From NCBI GenBank assembly GCA_964386355.1, contig CAYLQQ010000004.1, forward strand, positions 7,505 to 71,504: a DNA stretch of 64,000 nt. Direction: 5' to 3'. The translations under genes and the position numbers were made by a program. Source of the stretch: an uncultured Pseudomonadales bacterium. GTDB taxonomy: Bacteria > Patescibacteriota > Microgenomatia > UBA1400 > UBA1449. The notes beneath the pieces were generated by a model. That model made no database searches, had not been told where the DNA came from, and saw only the letters and a list, made by a program, of their open reading frames with translations. Numbering within the stretch: position 1 is the stretch's first letter; the number at the start of each line of letters is the position of its first letter. Below, piece by piece: positions 42,273 to 50,560 of this stretch.

Positions 42273-42656
42273 CTACAAAGAATCCAGATAATTTTGTAAT
42301 ATTAAAGCTGCTGCGGTCTGATGTCCTTTTTTTTGTCTTTGCAATCTTTTTTTACCCGCCTCTACCATTAGCTTCATTGCTTCCTGAGAACTTAGCGTCT
42401 CATCAAAAAGTTCGACTGAAATGCCAGTCCGTATCTTCAGTAACTTTATAAAATCTTTTATCTTCTGAGCCATTTCTCCCTCAGAAATACCAACCACCAC
42501 CACATCAATATTTTCATTTTTACCAATACTAATAATTCTGTCTGCTAATTTTTCATCAGACACATATGCTACCTGTCCATACGGTTCAGCCAGTATCCCG
42601 TCTGATATAGCTAGGCCAACATGAGATAATCCGTAATCAATTGCTAAGTAACGCAT
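42273..42656 (-). CDS. ruvX: Holliday-junction-resolvase-like / pre-16S rRNA nuclease YqgF
   Basis: MRYLAIDYGLSHVGLAISD N-terminus typical of YqgF/RuvX. Confidence 0.8.
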   Translation of the reverse strand: MRYLAIDYGLSHVGLAISDGILAEPYGQVAYVSDEKLADRIISIGKNENIDVVVVGISEGEMAQKIKDFIKLLKIRTGISVELFDETLSSQEAMKLMVEAGKKRLQRQKKGHQTAAALILQNYLDSL

Positions 42657-42657
42657 A

Positions 42658-43476
42658 TTATTTTTCTAATACTCCCATTATAACTCCTCTTCTGGAGTAT
42701 GTGCCTGGCGGAACACAGGTTATTAGAGTGATTGTTTGACGATCATATCGTTGCTCTAAAACCTCAACCTGATCGGGCCTCACTTCATGGTACGTTTCGA
42801 CAACGTATCTGTATTCAATTCCATCATACTGTATAAATATCTCATCGCCTTCTTCAAGTGTTGGTAATTTTGAAAAGACGGATATATAGCTTTTTGGATT
42901 ATAAAAGACCGGTAGTACTGAATGTCCAAAAATAACAGGATTTCCATACTGACCAGGTATTGCTGTCCCAGCATAATGGATGAGATGTTTGTCTAGATTT
43001 TTACCTCCAATCTCTACGATCATATCCTTAATATTCAGTTTGGGAATTGAAAGCGTGTAAGTTGTAACTGGAGCAATCCTGTTTAATACAGATGGAGTAG
43101 CTATTGCTTTACTAAACCAGTTTTCAGGTTTTGTATAATCTATCCCATCGACAATTATCGGAGTGGGATTGGGCTCAGCTGCAGCCTGTACTGGAGAAGT
43201 TATGTCAGTTGTACCCAATACTTTAGATTGCGTAGAGATCTGTTTGAGGTTATCAGTCTGCTCATGATTTAGTGGTGAGGTAATTTTTTTCTGTTCCCAC
43301 TTATGTGTAGTTAGCTGGTAGGACAGCATGGGATACCCAACAGAAAGCACTGCAGTTGCCCCAACAACAACAAATGCGTTTGGCATAATGTGAAACATTT
43401 TATGCTTTATGTTTCTCCACCATTTATTTTGCCTATTTTGGGAAACTGGGACTGCCTTGTAGTAATAGTAGACCAT
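42658..43476 (-). CDS. sortase-family transpeptidase (membrane-anchored)
   Basis: N-terminal TM, catalytic His (VIFGHSV), TLITC active-site Cys motif, and a downstream Arg. Confidence 0.7.
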   Translation of the reverse strand: MVYYYYKAVPVSQNRQNKWWRNIKHKMFHIMPNAFVVVGATAVLSVGYPMLSYQLTTHKWEQKKITSPLNHEQTDNLKQISTQSKVLGTTDITSPVQAAAEPNPTPIIVDGIDYTKPENWFSKAIATPSVLNRIAPVTTYTLSIPKLNIKDMIVEIGGKNLDKHLIHYAGTAIPGQYGNPVIFGHSVLPVFYNPKSYISVFSKLPTLEEGDEIFIQYDGIEYRYVVETYHEVRPDQVEVLEQRYDRQTITLITCVPPGTYSRRGVIMGVLEK

Positions 43477-43520
43477 ACATGAACTGTCTTTTCTGAGATT
43501 ACATTATCTGTTCTGGATAG

Positions 43521-45914
43521 TTACTGAACTTCCTCAACAATAACCGCAATTCGTTCAGGTTTGCCAGGCATTGTCCCCAGTAGTCCAGGAAGGTTAGGTT
43601 GTATGCTGATACGATGATTATTATAACTCGGCAAGGTGCGCACATACTCGTCAGCCACCTGGGGAGTTTTACCTTTTAATGCCTGTTTTATTTGTCCAAA
43701 GTCTAATTTTGGCATAATTTTTACCTGTGCTTTTACCGATACTTGTATTTGCCGTGGTTTGAGATCTTCTTTGGATTTATTTTTATCTTTTATATTAGTT
43801 TCTTCTTCTATCACTTGTATACCAGTTATTTGGCTCTGCAAACCTGCCGCTGTTACTTGATAATTGCTCGGTATTTGAGTCGCTAATGCTTTTAAAAGAA
43901 TTCTATTAAAGTCGTCTTTGTTTACAGCTAATGCATTCATTTTTATTGACCCTTCGGCTGTGAGGTCTTCGCCCTCATCGCCTGCTTTCTTATCAAAGGT
44001 AATTTCTTCAAGCTCTGTTTCCTGGGTTTTATCTATCACCATAAGATTTCCGCCCAGTTCTTTATTAAGCTTATGAGTAGCTTGTGTTTCCAGACTTTGC
44101 GTCAGCATGTCTTTTGCATTGGTACGGTCGTCTTTTGAAACAGCTTTTTTTTCGCTACTTTCGCCTCCGCTAATTTCTTCATTGTTTTTTGCAGTAAAAT
44201 CATCAGATCCAAAATCTTTGAATCTAAAATCCTTGCCTGCAGCTTGATTATATTCTTCTCCAATATCACCAGCTGCAATTTCTACATCTGACTTGCCAAA
44301 GGTTACAGTTTCTCCGTCTCCTGTTGAGACAGCACTTTTTGAGGCTACTTTTACCTCAGATACCAGCTCGTAACGCAAATTACCCGGACCAACCAAAATA
44401 GTACCTTTCGTAAAGCTTTTTGGTTTGTCAGTTTTATTGAAAATTGTCACTTTCCCCGAAGCTGTTTTGCCTATACGTTTAGTGCCAGTCGTTGGAACAG
44501 TTTGTGAACCGCTTGCAGAAGCCAGGACTTCTTTTGCTGGTAATATAAGATTTAATTCATCTAATCCATCCACAGCTTGCGACACAGTAAATGTTACATC
44601 CTGATTGACTAACTGAGATTTGATGCCAACAATAACCTCTGCTTTGGGCTGGGTTTGATAAGCCCATACACCTGCAGAACCCAAACCTGCTAGCAAAAGC
44701 GCACCACCAGCAAACCACGCCCATATGGGAATTTTGCGACCCGTAGCTTGAAAATTTTCATCATCATTTTCAGATGTGTCACCTAAACTAGGAACCTCAG
44801 ATTTTGACCGAGTTAATGACGTTTGCATTGCAAAAAAATTCTGCTTTAGTTTATCAAAGTTAAAAATATTCTTTTTAGGGGTTAATTGAGTCTTAATGGG
44901 TGTATCATCCGAACTGTTTATTTCAATCTCTTCACGAGGAACTGCAACGCTTGGTACTACAGATAGACTGGTATCTTGTGATGCCTGATCAGCAGAGTCG
45001 ATGTCCATTACTACCTGCTGAGATTCGCTTGGTTCAGTACTAATCCCAATGCCCTTAGAAAATCCCGGAGGTAACTTGTCAGCTGTACTTGGTTCCTCAT
45101 TTGAAATTGAAGTTTCCACGATTGAAGCTTGCGATTGTACTTGCTCAGTTGCTATAGGTACATCTGGATTTGTCTGTTTTACTGCTTCTTTACCTGCAGC
45201 AATGGCAACAGCTTCGACTGTCATATCCCTTGTTAGTGACTCGATCAACGGGGTATGGCTAAATGGCAGCTCCTGCTCCCAACCAACTGCCATCAATTGT
45301 TGGGTAATATCATTAAAATCTATGTATCCATCAAATAAAATTATCCTTGGAGGAAACTGATCCTTGCTCTTTATACGCACCAAGCCTTCCTTGACATCAG
45401 CAACTACATCATTGCTCCTACCAACAGATTCGATAGTACTTACCTTACCAAGCTTTACCAAACATACATCTAACATCTGTTTACGGAAACGTATTAATAT
45501 TGCAGAAGGAGGGGTGCTTTGTTTGATGCGCAGGTATTCAATAAGAGCATCAACAATCATGACAAAACCAATTGGTTTTAGCTGCATCCGTTCGCTTATG
45601 TATTTCAATAAACTTCGTCTGGCCGCAACCACACCATTCTCATCAACCCATTCTGGAGGCAATCCGTACAAAACTTCTTTTGGTTCATCTTCTCCATCAA
45701 TTGTGGCTGTAGCCATAGCCATATCCACAGCCTGCAAATAGTCATCCATTTTCGAACCAGTGACCTGAATAACCTCAGAAGTACGAATGACCGAAATAAC
45801 TCCTTCATCTACTTGCCAAACAGCAACTTTAACTATCTCATCAGAAATTTCTACCGCATAATAGGGGATTACTTTAGTTTTTTTTTCTTTGGTAAAAGGC
45901 AGGTTAAGCAGCAA
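43521..45914 (-). CDS. large bitopic membrane protein: ~240-aa cytoplasmic globular domain, S/T/E-rich disordered linker, one TM, then a ~380-aa extracytoplasmic domain
   Basis: TM IPIWAWFAGGALLLAGLGSAGVWAY near residue 400; N-terminus (YYAVEISDEIVKVAVWQVDEGVISVIRT) is reminiscent of the first strands of actin-like ATPases (FtsA/PilM), but this is not established. Confidence 0.35.
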   Translation of the reverse strand: MLLNLPFTKEKKTKVIPYYAVEISDEIVKVAVWQVDEGVISVIRTSEVIQVTGSKMDDYLQAVDMAMATATIDGEDEPKEVLYGLPPEWVDENGVVAARRSLLKYISERMQLKPIGFVMIVDALIEYLRIKQSTPPSAILIRFRKQMLDVCLVKLGKVSTIESVGRSNDVVADVKEGLVRIKSKDQFPPRIILFDGYIDFNDITQQLMAVGWEQELPFSHTPLIESLTRDMTVEAVAIAAGKEAVKQTNPDVPIATEQVQSQASIVETSISNEEPSTADKLPPGFSKGIGISTEPSESQQVVMDIDSADQASQDTSLSVVPSVAVPREEIEINSSDDTPIKTQLTPKKNIFNFDKLKQNFFAMQTSLTRSKSEVPSLGDTSENDDENFQATGRKIPIWAWFAGGALLLAGLGSAGVWAYQTQPKAEVIVGIKSQLVNQDVTFTVSQAVDGLDELNLILPAKEVLASASGSQTVPTTGTKRIGKTASGKVTIFNKTDKPKSFTKGTILVGPGNLRYELVSEVKVASKSAVSTGDGETVTFGKSDVEIAAGDIGEEYNQAAGKDFRFKDFGSDDFTAKNNEEISGGESSEKKAVSKDDRTNAKDMLTQSLETQATHKLNKELGGNLMVIDKTQETELEEITFDKKAGDEGEDLTAEGSIKMNALAVNKDDFNRILLKALATQIPSNYQVTAAGLQSQITGIQVIEEETNIKDKNKSKEDLKPRQIQVSVKAQVKIMPKLDFGQIKQALKGKTPQVADEYVRTLPSYNNHRISIQPNLPGLLGTMPGKPERIAVIVEEVQ

Positions 45915-46098
45915 AAGAGGTTAGGAATGTAGGCATATAGGAATATATGGACAATAAAGGATAGCAATCCTTAATTCGTACCGTGTCCTGCAAAGCTCTG
46001 TATAGCAGAGCAAAGTAAGATATTCCTAAATTCCTAAATTCTTGACCTTATTATGGAACAAAATGGGGGTTATGGCAAGTATAAGAGGTAGATAAAAA

Positions 46099-46497
46099 TT
46101 ACACAAAATATAAGAGAACAAGAAACAGTATTATCATACCTACTATTCCAATTGCAGTAACTAGTACTATTGTTTTCATAAAACTGTGAGCAGAGGAATT
46201 TAAAGTAGTTGAAAAATTGTCCATTACATGAATATATTCAATATTTGGTGAAGTTTTATGATTATTTTTCTGATAGTTGTATCGTAATTTCATACCTTTT
46301 GATTTGATCTTAAATCCAATTGACATACAGTACATTGCTATAGCCATTGGAATCATTATTATGATCGTATCTGTACCCTGAAATAGCTGATAAATGCTTA
46401 ATCCCAGTAAAGATACTGCTAATATTACCGCTAATATAAATCTCACTTTATCTCTTGAGGAAAGAAAGCTGTACTCAGTAGATCGAGTGTCTTTCAT
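46099..46497 (-). CDS. small membrane protein (hypothetical)
   Basis: 132 aa with 3 predicted TM segments. Confidence 0.3.
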   Translation of the reverse strand: MKDTRSTEYSFLSSRDKVRFILAVILAVSLLGLSIYQLFQGTDTIIIMIPMAIAMYCMSIGFKIKSKGMKLRYNYQKNNHKTSPNIEYIHVMDNFSTTLNSSAHSFMKTIVLVTAIGIVGMIILFLVLLYFV

Positions 46498-46521
46498 GTA
46501 TTCGGTATCTACAGGATAGTA

Positions 46522-48381
46522 TTAATTTTGTGCTTTAAATTTTTCCTTATCTAAGAAACCATATACTCTCCTCTTCCCAGCTCCCACCGCTTCCTGTTTG
46601 CCAAGCTCAAACTTACCCAAGACACCCGTTCGTTCTACATGCGGTCCACCACAAATCTCTTTTGAAAAACCCTCTACAGAATACACTTTTACTTTATCTG
46701 CATAGCGCTCCGAAAAAGCTCCGATAGCCACCTTGAGAGCCTCATCTTTATCCATCAGTTCAAAAGAGACAAACAAATCTTTTTGTATCTGCTCATTTAC
46801 GATATCTTCAACACGCTTCATCTGTTCATCAGTTAACTTATCTGGGTAGGTAAAATCAAAGCGCAATCTCTCGGCCGTTATATTTGATCCCACCTGCATA
46901 ATATCATCTCTTCCTAAAACAAGCCTTAGTGCCTGATTTAGTAGGTGAGTTGCAGTATGTAGTTTAGTTATCGCTTCGCTGTGATCAGCCAAGCCTCCTG
47001 CAAACATGCCTTTGCTCGCTGTTCTGGACTGGTCTTTGTGTTTGGTAAACTCCATCTCAAACTGCTCTTTAGATAGTTCAACACCTTTTTTGTGTAAAAT
47101 TTCCTGAGTGATTTCAAATGGAATTCCATCGGTTTGGAACAGGTTAAAGGCGAACGCACCATCAACCGTAGTTAATTCAGTTTTCTCGATCTTAGTAATT
47201 CCCCGTTGCAGCGTTTTGATGAATTTTTCAACCTCCTGAGAAATTACCTGATCTATATGGCTGGTATCTCCGGTAAAATACACTCCTTCGTACAAACCAC
47301 GAACAGCTTGTGAAGCGGCTACAAAAAATGCGGTCGGATCTGTGGTCTCCCCCATGAGCGAATACACTTTTACTGCTGCTCTACGTAGAAGCCTGCGGCA
47401 AATATAACCCTGCTGTTTGTTTGACGGCTCAACGCCCTCAGCAATCATAAAGGTAGCGGCTTTAATGTGGTCAGCAATAATACGCATCATTGGCTTGTAC
47501 TCATCATCATATGGTTTTCCTGTTGCCTCAACCACTTTTTCTATGACAGGATAAAAAATTGATGTTTGGAATATATCCTGTTTGTTCTGCGAAGCCATGA
47601 GTAATCGCTCCAGGCCTCCCCCAAAATCAACATTCTTTTTGGGTAGTGGCTTGAATGAACCATCCTCTAGCTTTTCATACTGCATAAAAACAGAGTTACC
47701 TATCTCCAGGAACCGCCCACAGTCACAATTGACATGGCATGGCTGGTCTTTGAAGGAAGAATCCTCGTGTATTCTATGCTCAGCACCAAAATCATAGAAT
47801 ACCTCACTATCAGGGCCACCAATTTCGCCCTTGGGCATCTTATCGGGTGTGCCAGACCTGGACCACCAATTCTTCTTGGCATCGTACATATAGATCTTAG
47901 TTTCAGGATTAAATTCGTCGCTTCCTAGCTGAGCCGGTTTATTTGTATTAAAAAGCTCCTGCCAAATCTTTATTGACTCCTTATCCCTCTCGACAAACTC
48001 ATTACCGGCGAAGACGGTTACATAAAGTTTATCTGCATTAATACACAGTTTTTGAGTTAAGAATTCATAGAACCAGGACAGCTGCTCTTTTTTAAAATAA
48101 TCACCTAAAGACCAATTGCCAAGCATTTCAAAAAATGTCGTATGCCTGTTGTCGCCTACCTCCTCAATGTCTTCAGCCCGAAATGATGGCTGGGAATCAG
48201 TAATCCTCTCTCCCATCGGATGCGCTTCGCCTTTGAGATAGGGAACGAGCTGCTGCATGCCTGAGCTGGTAAAAAGCGTCGTCGGATCGTTTTCGGGCAC
48301 CAACTTAGCAGGAGCAATGATGGCATGTCCCTTTGATTTGAAAAAGTCGAGATAGGCTTGGCGAAGTTGATTGTGGTTCAT
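46522..48381 (-). CDS. alaS: alanine--tRNA ligase, short form lacking the C-Ala domain
   Basis: TSSGMQQLVPY (compare FTNAGM), then the editing-domain HTATHLLNQAL and CGGPHV motifs; only 619 aa. Confidence 0.85.
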   Translation of the reverse strand: MNHNQLRQAYLDFFKSKGHAIIAPAKLVPENDPTTLFTSSGMQQLVPYLKGEAHPMGERITDSQPSFRAEDIEEVGDNRHTTFFEMLGNWSLGDYFKKEQLSWFYEFLTQKLCINADKLYVTVFAGNEFVERDKESIKIWQELFNTNKPAQLGSDEFNPETKIYMYDAKKNWWSRSGTPDKMPKGEIGGPDSEVFYDFGAEHRIHEDSSFKDQPCHVNCDCGRFLEIGNSVFMQYEKLEDGSFKPLPKKNVDFGGGLERLLMASQNKQDIFQTSIFYPVIEKVVEATGKPYDDEYKPMMRIIADHIKAATFMIAEGVEPSNKQQGYICRRLLRRAAVKVYSLMGETTDPTAFFVAASQAVRGLYEGVYFTGDTSHIDQVISQEVEKFIKTLQRGITKIEKTELTTVDGAFAFNLFQTDGIPFEITQEILHKKGVELSKEQFEMEFTKHKDQSRTASKGMFAGGLADHSEAITKLHTATHLLNQALRLVLGRDDIMQVGSNITAERLRFDFTYPDKLTDEQMKRVEDIVNEQIQKDLFVSFELMDKDEALKVAIGAFSERYADKVKVYSVEGFSKEICGGPHVERTGVLGKFELGKQEAVGAGKRRVYGFLDKEKFKAQN

Positions 48382-48511
48382 ATTTATTAGTTACCCCCTC
48401 CCTTTCAGCCCCCTTATAAAGGGGGAGAATAACATTTTATACCCCTCCTTACTAAGGAGGGCCGAAGGTGGAGAGGTATTTTGAGGCAATTATAACAAAA
48501 AGACCTTGAAG

Positions 48512-48856
48512 CTAAAACTGAGGAAACCTCTTAAAACAAACAGGTTTTGAATATTCGGAACAATACTTCATTGTGCTTGCACCTTTAAAAAATAATAAGC
48601 CTGAACCCCAATTGCATCCATCAAAATAACTTACGCACATTAAGGGCAATGTATGTAAATTTTGTTGTTTGCTATATCTTTTATTAGGGATTTTAGTTTG
48701 AATGTAATAATTAACTTCGCTCCCAATAATTAAAGCAGTCAATGCTAACATAATGATAATTGCAAATTTCCTTGTTCTTTTTATTAAAAATAATAATAGC
48801 CAAAATAGTATTATTGAAAAAGAATATATAATAATTAGAAATGAAAAGTTTGTCAT
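48512..48856 (-). CDS. small membrane protein (hypothetical)
   Basis: 114 aa, hydrophobic N-terminal half. Confidence 0.25.
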   Translation of the reverse strand: MTNFSFLIIIYSFSIILFWLLLFLIKRTRKFAIIIMLALTALIIGSEVNYYIQTKIPNKRYSKQQNLHTLPLMCVSYFDGCNWGSGLLFFKGASTMKYCSEYSKPVCFKRFPQF

Positions 48857-48873
48857 TTATATAGGGAGCTTTA

Positions 48874-49476
48874 TTACTTCTTTAGACTTTTTCCTTTTTT
48901 AAAGAAAAACTTACGTTCAATAGAGGCGGCGGTAGACTTGAGCTGCTGTTCCATTTGTTCGGCTTTGGCCGCAGCCTCAACCATAGACTCCTGAAGTTTG
49001 GCGATCTCTTTTTCAACTTCTTCTTTTTTCTCAGGTAGATCTTCTCGTAAGGTTTCAATTGCTTCGGCAGCTTTGGCCGCTATTTCTGCCGTTTTTTGCT
49101 GGAGAGCTGGAAGTTCCTGTTTAGCTTTTTCTACTGTTTCAGCAGCTGTATCTGAAAGCTGCTCAACACGTTCCTGTAATTGAGGTAATTGTTCTTTTAC
49201 TTTTTCAACTGTTTCTTCTGACTTTTCCTTAATTTGAGAATATGTTTCATGTATTTCGGGAGCATTCTGCTTGAGTTCATCCTCCCATTCGGCCAGATAC
49301 TTTTTGCCTACCTCAACCAACTCGTCTTTAAGCTTCTGTCCTTTTTTAGTACCAAATAAAAAGAAAGCTCCTGCGCCAAGTGCAGCTCCCAGCATAAGAC
49401 CTGCAGAAAATGATCCGTCGTTTGGGGAAGTTGAAATGACCTGCGATTTATGTTTATCACTCATATTAATCTTCAT
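48874..49476 (-). CDS. YtxH-like coiled-coil protein (N-terminal TM plus apolipoprotein-like repeats)
   Basis: GLMLGAALGAGAFFLFGTKKGQ followed by repeated E/K/Q-rich heptads. Confidence 0.4.
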   Translation of the reverse strand: MKINMSDKHKSQVISTSPNDGSFSAGLMLGAALGAGAFFLFGTKKGQKLKDELVEVGKKYLAEWEDELKQNAPEIHETYSQIKEKSEETVEKVKEQLPQLQERVEQLSDTAAETVEKAKQELPALQQKTAEIAAKAAEAIETLREDLPEKKEEVEKEIAKLQESMVEAAAKAEQMEQQLKSTAASIERKFFFKKGKSLKK

Positions 49477-49735
49477 TTTTATGCTTTTCCATGATCTTAT
49501 TCAAAAACCGTAAGACTCCGGCACCTTGTTGTAATCCCATCAAAAGACCTGAAAATTTCTCAACCGGTGTGGCTATAGAATGGCTGACTGTTTCGACATC
49601 GTCCATGATACTGTTAACTCGAGTTAACGTTTTTTTAAACTCTTTGAGTATAAAAATGGCTTGAATACCAACAATAGTTAAAAGTAATGTAAGCACTGTT
49701 ACTAAAATAATAATAAGAATTTGCATCGGATCCAT
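49466..49735 (-). CDS. DUF948-like small membrane protein
   Basis: N-terminal TM ILIIILVTVLTLLLTIVGI then a helical domain; usually partnered with YtxH. Confidence 0.4.
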   Translation of the reverse strand: MDPMQILIIILVTVLTLLLTIVGIQAIFILKEFKKTLTRVNSIMDDVETVSHSIATPVEKFSGLLMGLQQGAGVLRFLNKIMEKHKNED

Positions 49736-49889
49736 AAGACTCCTTAAAATAGATATGCTTTGATTGTAAAGATTTATGCTACGTTAGGCAAAGGATAATT
49801 ATTACAGAATTAAAATTTATGATTCAGGAATAATTGGAAAAATCTACTTAAACCCAAAACCCTTACTCTTTCATTCTTTATTTATTTAT

Positions 49890-50528
49890 TTATTTATCTA
49901 CCACCTTCACTGGTATCTGTTGTCCACTTTCTTTATTGTTCACGCTTACAGCTTTTATTTCCACACTGTGTTCACCTGGAGGTAAGTTGGCAACAGCTTT
50001 AAATTCCCCCGTTGGATACACATCAACCAGGTTTCCGTTTACATATACTACAGAATCTGCAGAAACAAATCCCTGAACAGGAATGCTTGGGCCTTTAACG
50101 ACAGAGTGTGCCTTAGGTTTTATGACTTCAATCTTAGGGGCTGATTGGTAGCTTTTCATTTGGTATAAAAGATATCCTCCAAATACAAAAAGGCTTAGAG
50201 CAACACCTCCAGCTGTAAGAAATTTTGAAGTTATAAACGTTGTTTTATCCATTGGCTCAGCTAAACCTTTGGGCATAATCTTACCTGATTGGGAAACGGT
50301 GAAATCGCGCCTGAAAATTGCCAGAGCTTTTTCTGGAGACAAACCAACTACCTTTGCATATGAGGTAATAAAACCTTTGGTAAAGGTACAGGCCGGTAAA
50401 TGTTCGTATTCATCAAGTTCAAGAAATTTGAGCAAATGTGTAGCAATATGGGTTTTTTGGGATACTGATTCCAAGGTCAAATGTTGTTGCAAGCGAAGCG
50501 TTCGTAAAATAGTACCTATTGTTTCCAT
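49890..50528 (-). CDS. RodZ-like protein (N-terminal XRE-type HTH, TM, C-terminal domain)
   Basis: GTILRTLRLQQHLTLESVSQKTHIATHLLKFLE HTH, then TM LTAGGVALSLFVFGGYLL. Confidence 0.45.
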   Translation of the reverse strand: METIGTILRTLRLQQHLTLESVSQKTHIATHLLKFLELDEYEHLPACTFTKGFITSYAKVVGLSPEKALAIFRRDFTVSQSGKIMPKGLAEPMDKTTFITSKFLTAGGVALSLFVFGGYLLYQMKSYQSAPKIEVIKPKAHSVVKGPSIPVQGFVSADSVVYVNGNLVDVYPTGEFKAVANLPPGEHSVEIKAVSVNNKESGQQIPVKVVDK

Positions 50529-50560
50529 GGGCAGAAGACAGGTTTTTATAACCTTAGTGC

